A DNA stretch of 64,000 nucleotides from Clostridia bacterium (GCA_017453245.1 JAFTKM010000020.1:877-64876), one strand, 5' to 3'. Positions 7,289 through 18,077 are shown, counted from the first letter of the stretch. A program made the numbers and translations. Notes: generated by a model from the sequence alone, not told the origin.

Positions 7289-9469
7289 ATGAGCAATATT
7301 CTTGAAGTTAAAAATTTAAAAATTTCCTTCCGCACCAATAACGGTACCGTAAAGGCTGTAAGAAATATATCCTTCAATCTCGAAAAGGGCGAGACCCTCG
7401 CTATCGTAGGTGAGTCCGGATCGGGTAAGTCGGTTACTTCCAAGGCTATACTTGGTATACTTGCTGGAAATTCGATTGTTGAGAGTGGAGAAATATTCTA
7501 TGACGGTATGGATCTTCTTAAGATATCCGAGGAGGATATGTGCAAGATCCGCGGAGATAAGATATCAATGATTTTCCAGGATCCGCTTTCGTCCCTAGAT
7601 CCCATAGTTAAGATCGGTAAGCAGATTACTGAGGCGATGCTTCTAAAGAACAAGCTTAGCAGAAAAATGGGCAGAATCGAATTTAACGATATGCTCAAGA
7701 TCCTTAAGGAAAATATGGTAGAGGCTACCGGCAATAAGGACGATATCAATGCCGAGATTGAGGAGATTATCACCACATTTGATAAGTTCAATATTGAGGC
7801 TATAACGCTTGAACACGCTTATAACAGCGCTTTGACTCGCTCGGAGGAGTTGCTTGGATATATAGCAGACAAGCGATTCCTCGTCAGCAAAAATCAGAAG
7901 GTTGACGTAAAGGCAATGCTTGCATATATTGCCTCTCAGCTTAAGGATATCAGGAATCCCTTCCTTACTTCTGAGTATGATGAGGTCATTACCGCCTTCA
8001 TTGAAGAAATCGGTAACGTTAAGTCAAGTTACGTTGCACCAAAGTTTGAAGGGGCCTCTGTAGATACTCCCGAGAATGTTGTTGAGCTTCTTGAAAGACT
8101 CGATAAGTTCCTTGCGGGAGTTAACTCTGGCATTCGTCCCAATTTCTTCCGTATCGGTTACTTTAAGTATAAGAAGCCCGAGGCAGTGCTTGATGGCAAG
8201 GATATCAACGCTCTTAACGATGATGCGCTTAAGTTCCTCATGGACAACTTTATGGTCAGATTCCTTGAGCTTGAAAAGCTTGCGGTTATCAACAGCTTCA
8301 ACAGATCTCTTGAAGGCAAGAAGAAGATCATACCTATGCTTCAGGAGGCGAAGAAGTTCTTCCTCGAGAATGATTTTAACAAGGCAGATGCAATAGGCAA
8401 GATTGATGAGCTTTCAAATGTTCTTGACGAGTCTATTGATTTGCTTCAGTTCAACAAGGACAGCATCGCGTATACCTTTAAGAGTAGTATTAACGCTGCT
8501 GTAAACAAGTACTTCACTTCCATTGTTCACAATGAGAAGGAGGAGAAACGATTTGCAAGACAATCCGCAAGACGAGAAGCGCTAATTTCCAAAGGCAAGA
8601 CTGTGGATTGGAAGGTAGTTCCCAAGACGGTTTACGAGATCGACGATCTCAGAAATAATATCGCGCTCGTTATAGATCGACTTTACGACAAGTATGTAGT
8701 TGATGTTAATGCGGCTGACCTCGTAGACTTTGACGCTATGTCGGTTGCGCTTGTTGACTTCTTTAAGGACAAGGCTTCTCAGGTCGTATATCGCGTTACC
8801 AAGAGAACCGCTAAAGAAAGAGCGATCAAGCTGATGGAAGAGGTAGGTATTCCCGAGCCTCGTATCCGTTATAATCAGTATCCTTTCGAGTTCTCCGGCG
8901 GAATGAGACAGAGAATCGTTATCGCGATAGCTCTGGCGGCTAACCCCGATATTCTGATTTGCGACGAGCCTACCACGGCACTTGACGTGACGATTCAGGC
9001 TCAGATCCTTGAACTTATCAACAAGCTTAAGAAGGAGAGGAATCTCTCGGTTATCTTTATTACCCACGACCTTGGTGTAGTTGCTAATATGGCGGATAAG
9101 ATTGCCGTTATGTATGCAGGTAAAATAGTGGAGCAAGGTACTAGCGAGGATGTATTCTATGATCCCCGTCATCCCTATACTTGGGCACTTCTTTCCTCCA
9201 TGCCTGACTTGGATACTAACGAAAAGCTTGATGCTATACCGGGTACTCCTCCCAATATGATCTATCCTCCTGTTGGCGATGCTTTTGCGGCGCGTAATAA
9301 GTATGCTCTTAAGATAGATTTTGAGGAACAGCCTCCTATGTTTGAGGTTTCGGAAACTCACTCCGCTGCAACATGGCTTCTTCATCCCGATGCACCCAAG
9401 GTAGAGCTTCCCAAGATTATCACACAGCGCATAGAAAAAATGAAAAAAGGAGGTCAAAGCAATGAGTGA
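7289..9469 (+). CDS. ABC transporter ATP-binding protein (OppD-like) with a ~380-aa insertion
   Basis: Walker A GESGSGKS, Q-loop MIFQDP, then a long helical insertion, then VGIPEPRIRYNQYPFEFSGGMRQR, Walker B ILICDEPTTALD and the oligopeptide C-terminal region. Confidence 0.85.
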   Translation: MSNILEVKNLKISFRTNNGTVKAVRNISFNLEKGETLAIVGESGSGKSVTSKAILGILAGNSIVESGEIFYDGMDLLKISEEDMCKIRGDKISMIFQDPLSSLDPIVKIGKQITEAMLLKNKLSRKMGRIEFNDMLKILKENMVEATGNKDDINAEIEEIITTFDKFNIEAITLEHAYNSALTRSEELLGYIADKRFLVSKNQKVDVKAMLAYIASQLKDIRNPFLTSEYDEVITAFIEEIGNVKSSYVAPKFEGASVDTPENVVELLERLDKFLAGVNSGIRPNFFRIGYFKYKKPEAVLDGKDINALNDDALKFLMDNFMVRFLELEKLAVINSFNRSLEGKKKIIPMLQEAKKFFLENDFNKADAIGKIDELSNVLDESIDLLQFNKDSIAYTFKSSINAAVNKYFTSIVHNEKEEKRFARQSARREALISKGKTVDWKVVPKTVYEIDDLRNNIALVIDRLYDKYVVDVNAADLVDFDAMSVALVDFFKDKASQVVYRVTKRTAKERAIKLMEEVGIPEPRIRYNQYPFEFSGGMRQRIVIAIALAANPDILICDEPTTALDVTIQAQILELINKLKKERNLSVIFITHDLGVVANMADKIAVMYAGKIVEQGTSEDVFYDPRHPYTWALLSSMPDLDTNEKLDAIPGTPPNMIYPPVGDAFAARNKYALKIDFEEQPPMFEVSETHSAATWLLHPDAPKVELPKIITQRIEKMKKGGQSNE

Positions 9470-10745
9470 AAAGATTAATTCGAATCAAGAGCCACTGCTC
9501 AGAGTAGAAGACCTCTGTCAGTATTTCCCTATGGGAAAGAAGGAACTTCATGCGGTAGACCATGTTTCTTTTGATATTAAAAAAGGCGAGGTTTTTGGCC
9601 TTGTTGGTGAGTCCGGATGCGGAAAAACTACCACTGGTCGTTCAATAATCAAGATTTACGATATTACCGGGGGTAATATCTACTTTAAGGGGCAGCGTAT
9701 TTGTGCGGGAAGCAGAACATACATTGACGCCATAAAAGAAGCTAAAAAGCAAGCTAAGGCCGAAATTTCTTCTTTGAGTGCTGATACTAAGGTTAACCCC
9801 GGTAATAAGGCTATCAATGATGAAAAGATTGACAAAATAAAGGCAACTCTTGCCGTAGCAGTGTCTGAAAACAAGAGTGAGATCAAGAAGGCTCGTCATG
9901 ATCAAAAGAATGTTGATAGTGAATATGCTGCAAAGCTTGTAAAGGAATTAGAGGAGAAATATTTTCCTCTCATTTCCGCGGCTGAAGAGCAGGGCGATAA
10001 AGAAAAACTCGCTTCTCTCAAAAAGGAATTCAGAAAAAAGAAGCATATCGCTAAGAATACAAGACTCGTGACTCAGATTCAGATGATTTTCCAGGATCCG
10101 GTAGCATCTCTTAACCCTCGTATGACGGTAAGAGAGATAATTGCTGAAGGCCTTGTTATTAACGGAATCAAGGATCAGGCCTATATCGATGAAAAGGTAT
10201 ACGAGATTCTTGAGCTTGTAGGCCTTGTAAGAGAACACGCGGGAAGATACCCTCATGAGTTCTCCGGTGGACAGAAGCAGCGTATCGGTATTGCTAGATC
10301 TGTTATTATGAATCCTGAGATGATAATTGCAGACGAGCCTGTATCTGCCCTTGATGTGTCTATTCAGGCACAGGTAATCAACCTTCTTAACGATCTTAAG
10401 GAGAAGCTTGGTCTTACCATTCTGTTTATTGCGCATGACCTTTCCGTTGTTAAGTATTTCTCGGATAGAATCGGTGTTATGTACTTTGGAAAGATGGTTG
10501 AGCTTGCTTCCTCTGACGAGCTCTTTGCTCATCCTCTGCATCCTTACACCAGATCTCTTCTCTCTGCTATTCCGTTACCCGATCCTATTTCTGAAAAGAA
10601 GCGTACCAGAATGGTCTATAATGCTATAGCAGAGCACGACTACTCTGTTGATAAGCCGTCCATGCGTGAGGTTGCTCCCGGGCATTTTGTTTATTGTAAT
10701 GATGCCGAAGAAATTAGGTACAAGGAACAATTAAAAAATGAGTGA
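9462..10745 (+). CDS. ABC transporter ATP-binding protein (OppF-like) with a ~110-aa K/E-rich insertion
   Basis: Walker [10 protein letters not shown]. About 125 aa separate it from QMIFQDP. Signature FSGGQKQR and Walker [12 protein letters not shown]. Confidence 0.85.
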   Translation: MSEKINSNQEPLLRVEDLCQYFPMGKKELHAVDHVSFDIKKGEVFGLVGESGCGKTTTGRSIIKIYDITGGNIYFKGQRICAGSRTYIDAIKEAKKQAKAEISSLSADTKVNPGNKAINDEKIDKIKATLAVAVSENKSEIKKARHDQKNVDSEYAAKLVKELEEKYFPLISAAEEQGDKEKLASLKKEFRKKKHIAKNTRLVTQIQMIFQDPVASLNPRMTVREIIAEGLVINGIKDQAYIDEKVYEILELVGLVREHAGRYPHEFSGGQKQRIGIARSVIMNPEMIIADEPVSALDVSIQAQVINLLNDLKEKLGLTILFIAHDLSVVKYFSDRIGVMYFGKMVELASSDELFAHPLHPYTRSLLSAIPLPDPISEKKRTRMVYNAIAEHDYSVDKPSMREVAPGHFVYCNDAEEIRYKEQLKNE

Positions 10746-11148
10746 AAAATGTAAAAAAATGTTGGCTAAATATGTCGTTACAGTCGCCATATGCGTTGTG
10801 ATGATTGTATTTATTTTGGATACTCGAGGCTTTTTTACCGCTGTGGACAAAGCGGCGAGGATTTTATATTTAGCAGACGCTTTTACAATTCCGGGAGTGC
10901 TCATCCTGATGATTGGAGTTATGTTGTGGATTGCTACAACTGGTATATTTGATGGCTTAACGTATGCTCTAGGCAGAGCCGCGCGTTCTCTCGTACCTTT
11001 TAGCAAGATTCCGGATGAGAGGTTTTACGATTATAAGAAACGAAAGTCCGAGAGCAGAAACTTTAACTATGGTTTTTTTCTTATTGTAGGTGGAGTCGCT
11101 CTTGCCGTTGCTATCGTGCTTACGATAGTTCATTCTTTTATATCATAA
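10738..11148 (+). CDS. DUF3899-like small membrane protein
   Basis: Membrane segments plus DAFTIPGVLILMIGVMLWIATTGIFDGLTYALGR, which resembles the DUF3899 signature. Start uncertain (10738 or 10759). Confidence 0.55.
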   Translation: MSEKCKKMLAKYVVTVAICVVMIVFILDTRGFFTAVDKAARILYLADAFTIPGVLILMIGVMLWIATTGIFDGLTYALGRAARSLVPFSKIPDERFYDYKKRKSESRNFNYGFFLIVGGVALAVAIVLTIVHSFIS

Positions 11149-11178
11149 AATGTGCAGATCCCGCATAGAGAACAAAAA

Positions 11179-11237
11179 GGCGAGTACGAAGTGAACTTGT
11201 TTGGTTGGCTTCGTTCTCGCCGCTTTTTATTTTTTTA
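11179..11237 (+). terminator. rho-independent terminator
   Basis: GGCGAGTACGAAG ... CTTCGTTCTCGCC followed by a T run. Confidence 0.7.
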
Positions 11238-11385
11238 GTAGTTTGGTTATAATATTTCTGTTTATCAAATCTATTTGCTATATCTATTTGAAAAATAATT
11301 GACTTTAGTATTTATATATGTTAAAATGTAAAGTAATAATATGTTATGTGAAAGTGTGTCAATTAACACACGGAAAGAGGGAATT

Positions 11386-12009
11386 ATGCTTAAGGTTGAG
11401 AGAATTTCGGTGATGAATATGGAGAACGCGATAAGAGGCGCGAGAAATCCTATGAATAGCTGGGCGAAGATGGATTCTTACTATGATGAGAGTGGCAACT
11501 TCGTGCTTGGCGAGAATGATCTTTCCCTGGCTCACCGCCTTGCGGTTGCCGGAAGCGACCACAGAAAGTATCTTCGTCAGATCATCGTGTCTATGGACAT
11601 TACCGCCCCCTTCTATTGGTGGAAGGAGTTTGACACCTACAAGGTAGGCACCGTGGCAAATTCCTGCTCGACTATGCATAAGATACACGCAAATCCCATC
11701 ACTCGTGAGGACTTCTCGTGTGACCGTATGACAGACGAGGCACTTGCGTGTCTTGATTCGCTCATTTCCTTCCTCGAGGGGGAGCGTGTTAAATATAATG
11801 AGACTAAGGACAAGGCCGCGTGGCACAATATAATACAGCTCCTTCCTACGTCCTACAACCAGATGAGGACCGTAACGCTTAACTACGAGGTGCTCATCAA
11901 CATCTACTACGCGCGCCGTCATCACAAGCTTGCCGAGTGGCACGTGCTCTGTGAGGCGATCGAAAATCTCCCCTACGCAAAGGAGCTTATTCTCATAAAG
12001 GAGAACTGA
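11386..12009 (+). CDS. ThyX (Thy1)-fold homologue lacking the canonical RHR...S motif
   Basis: AAGAGGGA RBS before the ATG at 11386. Colinear with the remembered ThyX layout (ARNPMNSW; GSDHRKYLRQIIVSMDITAPFYWWKEF; LPTSYNQMRTVTLNYEVLINIYYARR), but reads DTYKVGTVANSCSTMH where ThyX has RHRxxxxxxxS. Confidence 0.5.
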   Translation: MLKVERISVMNMENAIRGARNPMNSWAKMDSYYDESGNFVLGENDLSLAHRLAVAGSDHRKYLRQIIVSMDITAPFYWWKEFDTYKVGTVANSCSTMHKIHANPITREDFSCDRMTDEALACLDSLISFLEGERVKYNETKDKAAWHNIIQLLPTSYNQMRTVTLNYEVLINIYYARRHHKLAEWHVLCEAIENLPYAKELILIKEN

Positions 12010-12010
12010 A

Positions 12011-13864
12011 ATGAAGGGTAAGGAAAATAAAACAGTAAAGGTCGGCGCGGTCTCGCCAAGGATAAGACTTGCCGACGTGTCCTATAACGTTAAAGAGTGC
12101 ATCAAGGAGGCAAAAAGAGCCGCCGAGATGGGCGTATCTCTGCTCGTCTTTCCCGAGCTCGCCCTGACGGGTGCTACATGCGGAGATCTCTTTACGCACT
12201 CATCGCTTCTTGATGCCGCCGAGCGCGGACTCAGAGAATTCGTTGATGCGACTTGCGAGCTTGATATGATAAGCTTCATTGGTCTGCCCGCAGACATTGA
12301 GAGCGACTATCACGCTTGCGTCGCAGCAGTATATCGCGGCGAGCTTCTTGCGCTCATCCCCAAGGCCGACCTCTCGGTCGAGGAGAAGAGATATTTTGAC
12401 ACGCCCCATATCCAAAACGCGAAAATCGAGTTTGCGGGCGGAGTTGTCTCCTTCTCTTTAAAGCCGATAGTCAAGGCTCCGTTTGATTCGAGTCTGAAGA
12501 TACACGTCGGCATTCCTCTCACCGCTAAGAACGTGGCGGGAGTTATCGTATGCCCCGTAGCGGAGCCGATGCAGATAGGCACTCCCGAGGTAGAGCTTAC
12601 TGCTGCGGCAAGCCTCAGTCTTTCCGACGGTGCAACCTACGTGATAGCCAATGCCGGTATAGGCGAGAGCACTACCGATGCCGTTTATGCTGCGCATAAT
12701 ATTATAGCCGATAACGGTGAAATTCTTGCCGAGGCTAAGCCCTTCAATGCGGATAATCTTATCACTGCTGACGTTTCTACTGTTCCTCACGGTGAAAAGG
12801 ACTCGGATAAGGCGGAGTATGACGAGGAGTCGGAATATGACGGACCCGCGATCCCCGCTAACCCGTACCTTCCTCTCGATAAGGACGGACAGATAAGAGA
12901 GTGCCTTGATGCCCTTGAAATTCAGTCGCAGGCGCTTGCGGCAAGAGTTGAGCGCTCCTATTCCAAGGCTATGGTCATCGGCGTCTCGGGCGGTCTTGAC
13001 TCGACTCTCGCACTTCTTGTATGCGCAAGAGCAGCAGATATTTTAGGTATATCGAGAAAGAGCGTTATAGGCGTAACTATGCCTTGCTTCGGCACTACCA
13101 AGAGAACTAAATCCAATGCTGAAAAGCTCTCCGAGGCACTCGGAATTAGCTTCCGCACGGTTGATATAAAGGCGAGCGTAACTCAGCATCTTACTGACAT
13201 CGGTCACGACGGCGTGACACCCGACGTTACCTACGAGAACGCTCAGGCACGTGAAAGAACACAGGTCCTTATGGACATCGCAAATATGACCGGCGGACTT
13301 GTCGTCGGCACGGGAGACCTCTCCGAGCTCGTTCTCGGTTGGGCAACCTACAACGGCGACCATATGTCGATGTATGCGGTCAACGCGTCTGTCCCCAAGA
13401 CTATGGTAAGACGTATCGTTGAGGTGTACTCCGCGGAGCACAGAGCCGAAAATGGCGTGATCTCCGACGTTCTTGACGATATCCTCGCAACCCCCGTTTC
13501 TCCCGAGCTCCTTCCTCCCAAGGACGGTGAGATAGCACAATGCACCGAGGAGCTTGTCGGCCCCTATGAGCTTCACGATTACTTCATATACTGTGTCCTC
13601 GGATGCGGTATGTCGGTCAGCGAGACCTACGCCTACGCCAAGGAGACCTTCGGGGGCGTGTACGATAATAAGACGATTTCAGGCTGGCTCCGTGTGTTTG
13701 TGCTCAGATTCTTCAGCCAGCAGTTCAAGCGCTCATGTATGCCCGACGGACCTAAGGTCAGTTGTATCTCGGTGTCCCCGAGAGGCGGACTCCGTATGCC
13801 CTCGGATTCATCTGCGGCAGTGTGGCTCAGTGAGCTTGACGAAATAGAAAGACAAGAAAAATGA
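12011..13864 (+). CDS. nadE: glutamine-dependent NAD+ synthetase
   Basis: N-terminal CN-hydrolase-like domain plus C-terminal PP-loop GVSGGLDSTLALLV, GTGDLSELVLGW and YELHDYF. Confidence 0.85.
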   Translation: MKGKENKTVKVGAVSPRIRLADVSYNVKECIKEAKRAAEMGVSLLVFPELALTGATCGDLFTHSSLLDAAERGLREFVDATCELDMISFIGLPADIESDYHACVAAVYRGELLALIPKADLSVEEKRYFDTPHIQNAKIEFAGGVVSFSLKPIVKAPFDSSLKIHVGIPLTAKNVAGVIVCPVAEPMQIGTPEVELTAAASLSLSDGATYVIANAGIGESTTDAVYAAHNIIADNGEILAEAKPFNADNLITADVSTVPHGEKDSDKAEYDEESEYDGPAIPANPYLPLDKDGQIRECLDALEIQSQALAARVERSYSKAMVIGVSGGLDSTLALLVCARAADILGISRKSVIGVTMPCFGTTKRTKSNAEKLSEALGISFRTVDIKASVTQHLTDIGHDGVTPDVTYENAQARERTQVLMDIANMTGGLVVGTGDLSELVLGWATYNGDHMSMYAVNASVPKTMVRRIVEVYSAEHRAENGVISDVLDDILATPVSPELLPPKDGEIAQCTEELVGPYELHDYFIYCVLGCGMSVSETYAYAKETFGGVYDNKTISGWLRVFVLRFFSQQFKRSCMPDGPKVSCISVSPRGGLRMPSDSSAAVWLSELDEIERQEK

Positions 13865-14484
13865 GTAATATTTTCGACCTATTCAAGAAGATAGAAAAGA
13901 AGGCGGACACAACGCCCGTGAGCTTTATTATTGCAGGCCTCGGTAATCCCGGGGCTCAGTATGAAAAGACGCGTCATAACGTAGGCTTCGTTGCCATAGA
14001 CTATATTGCCGAGAAGCTCGGTGTGAGGATCGATCGCGCGAAGTTCCACGCCCTCACCTCCGAGGCAAAAATAGGTGAGGTCAGAGTCCTTCTTATGAAG
14101 CCCCAGACCTTTATGAATAACTCCGGTGTCGCGATAGGCGAGGCGGCCTCGTTTTACAAGATACCCCCGGAGCGTGTATTGATCTTGCACGATGAGATCA
14201 GCTTTGAGCCGGGAATGATACGCATACGCCGTAAGGGCTCTGCGGGCGGTCACAACGGACTTAAGAGCATTATTGCTCACCTTGCATCCGAGGAATTCCC
14301 GAGAGTGAAGATAGGTGTAGGCAAGAAGCCGAGCCCCGAGTATGACCTTGCCGATTGGGTACTTGGTAAGCTGCCTAAGGACCATAGCGATACTATTGAT
14401 GCAAAGCGTGAGGATATCCTCGATGCGACAAGGCTTATCGCAGAGGGTAAGATCGACGACGCGATGCAGAGATACTCGAAGTAA
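13861..14484 (+). CDS. pth: peptidyl-tRNA hydrolase
   Basis: GLGNPGAQYEKTRHNVGF, MKPQTFMNNSG, GGHNGLKSI. ATGA overlap with nadE. Confidence 0.92.
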   Translation: MSNIFDLFKKIEKKADTTPVSFIIAGLGNPGAQYEKTRHNVGFVAIDYIAEKLGVRIDRAKFHALTSEAKIGEVRVLLMKPQTFMNNSGVAIGEAASFYKIPPERVLILHDEISFEPGMIRIRRKGSAGGHNGLKSIIAHLASEEFPRVKIGVGKKPSPEYDLADWVLGKLPKDHSDTIDAKREDILDATRLIAEGKIDDAMQRYSK

Positions 14485-14522
14485 TATATTTATTCGATAT
14501 TCCTTTCTCAAACGGAGAAAAA

Positions 14523-17500
14523 ATGAACATATCAAAAATCATACGTCAGGACAGGGAATTCACCGCATTCACCGAATGTCTTGCATCCGACCTTAAGGCG
14601 AAATCGCCGTTGCCGATAGTGATCAACGGACTTTCAGGCGGAGCAGAGGATGCGTTTATCACCGAGACGGTAAGAGAGATCTCCGCACTCGGCAGAGGCC
14701 CTGCGCTTATCCTGACGGCGGATGACGGCGAGAGAAGTGAACTTTGCGCTCTGCTTCAGCGCTCGGGCATCCGCGCCGCGGAGTATAAGCCGCGCGACCT
14801 TGTTTTTCATAACATTTCAGCCTCCCACGACGTTGACCGTGAGAGGCTACTCGTGTTGTCCGAGGTAGGGAGCGGCTCGCTTGATGCCGTTGTCACAACA
14901 CCCGCGGCGGCGCTTGGATATACTATGCCTCGTGATATACTCGACTCGCTTTCACTCACTTTGGGGCTCGGTGACGAGATATCACCCGAGAACCTCGCGC
15001 ATAAGCTTGTTTCAATGGGCTTTGCCTCTGTCGACTCGGTTGAGAGCAGAGGACAGTTTGCGCGTCGCGGAGGCATCGTTGACTTCTGGGGCGCGGATAC
15101 GGATGCTCCGTGCCGAGTCGAATTCTTCGGTGATGAGGTAGACCGACTCGCGTCATTTGATCCCACCTCGCAAAGAGCGCTTTCTCAGCTTAAGGACATA
15201 ACCCTGCTTCCCGCTCGCGAGGTGGTGGTAGATACTGCCGCAAGAGAGAGGATAGCCTCCGAGGTTGAGAAGCTCTTAAAGAACAAAGCTATATCCGATG
15301 AGGTCAGAGTAAAGCTTGAACGTGAGCTTTCACTCTCTAAGGCTGGAGTCGAGCTTGACTTTAGGGATAAATACTTAGGTCTCATATATGAAAACAATAG
15401 TTGTCTTTTTGACTACTTTATAAATGAAAAAACTCCGGCGATCCTCGTAGTTGGTACTAACGGATGCCGTGAAAATGCGGAGAAAAGACTTTCTAAGCTC
15501 ACCTCGGATACGGAGGGGATGGTCTCCCTCGGCTCTGTTAGTGCGAAGGCGGCAAAGTACTCAGCGGATATGAATTACTACCGCGAAATGCTCGGTAAGG
15601 GAGCTACGGTCCACGTCAACTCCTTTGCGGGCGGTGTAGGCTCGGAGAAGCTCGCGGGACTCTTTGGCTTCCGCTCGAGACGTACCGTCTCCTACGGCGG
15701 TCAGGGTAACGCGAGTATGCTCGTTGAGGACCTTCAAAGCCTTAAGAAGGGTATGTACCGCACTCTTATTCTCTCGGAAAACGCGCAGGGCGCTGAGTCG
15801 CTTGTCGATGCGCTCCGCTCCTCGGATATTTTTGCGCACAATATTGCCAAGGTAGAGGACTTTGATATAGGCTCGGCCTCTGGCGGTGAGATATTCGTCG
15901 GTGTTGGATCTTACGAGGGCTTCGACCTGCTTGGACCGAAGATTGCCGTGCTTTCAATGTCTGTTGACAAGGGCAAGGCAATAATGCAGCACAGAAGACG
16001 CCAGAGGATACTCAAGCGCGTCGGCGGCGCGGGTAAGAAGATAATGAGCCACGCCGATCTCTCCGTCGGTGACTACGTTGTGCACGCCAATTACGGTATA
16101 GGCCTCTTTGAGGGCATCGAGACCGTGACGGTCGACGGCGTTACCAAGGATTACATTACGATAAAATACGCGGGTACGGATAAGCTGTTCGTCCCCTGTG
16201 ATCGCCTTGAAATGATAGGCAAATATATCGGAGACCGCGCCAAGGACGGCACAGTAAAGCTCTCCGAGATGGGCGGCGGAAGCTGGCAGAGAACCAAGTC
16301 ACGCGCTAAGGCGGCGGTCAAGGATATTGCCAAGCAGCTGATTACTCTTTACGCCGAGAGGCAGAGGACACCGGGCTTTGCCTTCCCGAAGGATTCCGAG
16401 CTTGAGGCTGAGTTTGACGCCGAGTTCCAGTATGAGGAGACCGACTCCCAGCTCATCGCGATAAACGAGATAAAGGCCGATATGATGAGGAGTGTGCCGA
16501 TGAACAGACTCCTCTGCGGAGACGTAGGCTTCGGCAAGACCGAGGTCGCTCTGCGCGCGGCATTCAAGGCTATTCTCGGCGGCAAGCAGGTGGCCCTTCT
16601 CGTTCCCACGACCATACTCGCGCTCCAGCACTATCAGACCGCCATATCGCGTATGAGAGGCTACGGAGTCTCGGTGGAGATGCTCTCCCGCTTCAAGAAG
16701 CCAAAGGAGAGAGCGGATATTATAGCCCGTACGGCAAAGGGCTCGGTCGACCTCCTTATCGGCACGCACGCCATTCTCTCAAAGAACGTGACCTTCCGTG
16801 ACCTCGGTCTTTTGATCATCGACGAGGAGCAGCGCTTTGGCGTAGTACAGAAGGAGCGCCTTCGCGAGATGGCGAAGAACGTCGACACGCTAATGCTCTC
16901 GGCGACTCCCATTCCGAGAACGCTCAATATGTCTATGAGCGGAATAAACGATATATCCGTGCTTGACGAGGCACCGGGTGAAAGACGTCCCGTGCAGACC
17001 TACGTGCTTGAGCACGATGATGAGATAATATTCGATGCTCTAAGGCGCGAGCTTGAGCGCGGCGGACAGACCTTGTACCTTTACAACAAAATAGAAGATA
17101 TAGATCTCGTTGCGGGTAAGATCACCGAGGCTCTCCCCGAGGCGCGTGTGACATATGCACACGGAAAAATGGAGAAGGAGGAGCTCGAGGACATCTGGCA
17201 GATGCTCGTCAGGGGCGAGATAGATATCCTCGTTTGCACTACCATTATCGAGACGGGCGTTGACCTCCCGAATGCGAATACGCTCGTTATAGAGAATGCC
17301 GAGCGCTTCGGACTTTCTCAGCTACATCAGATACGCGGACGAGTCGGCAGAAGTGAAAGACAGGCATACGCCTACTTCACCTACCGCAGAGGCAAGCACT
17401 TAAACGAGGTTGCGGAAAAGCGCCTTGAGGCGATCAAGGAGTTTGCGGAATTTGGCGCGGGCTTCAAGATAGCGCTGCGTGACCTTGAGATACGCGGAGC

Positions 17501-18077
17501 GGGAAATCTGCTCGGAGCGGAGCAGCACGGCTACATTGAGAGCGTCGGCTACGACCTCTACGTTAAGCTCTTAAACGAGGCAGTCCTTGAGGAGCGCCGT
17601 GACCCCGCGGCAGAGCGCTTTGAGTCGCAGATAGTCATATCCGTCTCGGCTCATATACCCGAGTATTACATCAAGTCCTCCGCGGCGAGAATGGAGATGT
17701 ACAAGAAGATCTCCTTTATCGAAACAAAGGAGGAGAGGGACGACCTCTACGATGAGTTTGCAGACCGCTTCGGTGACGTGCCAAAGACGGTTGAGAGGCT
17801 TATGGACGTTGCTCTTGCCAAGGCTCTTGCCGAGCGCGCAAGGATAAAGAAGATAGAGCACTCGGGACTTAAGCTCACCTTCGTTACCGAGCGTCCCGAC
17901 CTTGCGGTGTGGTCTGAGCTCTTTGCCGCCAACCGCTCGCTCTCCTTCGTCGGTCTTGGCTCACCCCTCATAGTTTACCGTCTCAGGAAGGATGAGGACC
18001 CGACCGCCGTCGCGGCTAAGATCATGACCGAATACGTCGGTATTATGGAGAGCAATAACGAGGACGAAAAGGCCTGA
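14523..18077 (+). CDS. mfd: transcription-repair coupling factor
   Basis: 1184 aa. CarD/RID-like VGDYVVHANYGIG, helicase motifs LLCGDVGFGKTEVA, DEEQRFG, QLHQIRGRVGR, and a TRG/C-terminal domain. Conserved pth-mfd order. Confidence 0.93.
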   Translation: MNISKIIRQDREFTAFTECLASDLKAKSPLPIVINGLSGGAEDAFITETVREISALGRGPALILTADDGERSELCALLQRSGIRAAEYKPRDLVFHNISASHDVDRERLLVLSEVGSGSLDAVVTTPAAALGYTMPRDILDSLSLTLGLGDEISPENLAHKLVSMGFASVDSVESRGQFARRGGIVDFWGADTDAPCRVEFFGDEVDRLASFDPTSQRALSQLKDITLLPAREVVVDTAARERIASEVEKLLKNKAISDEVRVKLERELSLSKAGVELDFRDKYLGLIYENNSCLFDYFINEKTPAILVVGTNGCRENAEKRLSKLTSDTEGMVSLGSVSAKAAKYSADMNYYREMLGKGATVHVNSFAGGVGSEKLAGLFGFRSRRTVSYGGQGNASMLVEDLQSLKKGMYRTLILSENAQGAESLVDALRSSDIFAHNIAKVEDFDIGSASGGEIFVGVGSYEGFDLLGPKIAVLSMSVDKGKAIMQHRRRQRILKRVGGAGKKIMSHADLSVGDYVVHANYGIGLFEGIETVTVDGVTKDYITIKYAGTDKLFVPCDRLEMIGKYIGDRAKDGTVKLSEMGGGSWQRTKSRAKAAVKDIAKQLITLYAERQRTPGFAFPKDSELEAEFDAEFQYEETDSQLIAINEIKADMMRSVPMNRLLCGDVGFGKTEVALRAAFKAILGGKQVALLVPTTILALQHYQTAISRMRGYGVSVEMLSRFKKPKERADIIARTAKGSVDLLIGTHAILSKNVTFRDLGLLIIDEEQRFGVVQKERLREMAKNVDTLMLSATPIPRTLNMSMSGINDISVLDEAPGERRPVQTYVLEHDDEIIFDALRRELERGGQTLYLYNKIEDIDLVAGKITEALPEARVTYAHGKMEKEELEDIWQMLVRGEIDILVCTTIIETGVDLPNANTLVIENAERFGLSQLHQIRGRVGRSERQAYAYFTYRRGKHLNEVAEKRLEAIKEFAEFGAGFKIALRDLEIRGAGNLLGAEQHGYIESVGYDLYVKLLNEAVLEERRDPAAERFESQIVISVSAHIPEYYIKSSAARMEMYKKISFIETKEERDDLYDEFADRFGDVPKTVERLMDVALAKALAERARIKKIEHSGLKLTFVTERPDLAVWSELFAANRSLSFVGLGSPLIVYRLRKDEDPTAVAAKIMTEYVGIMESNNEDEKA

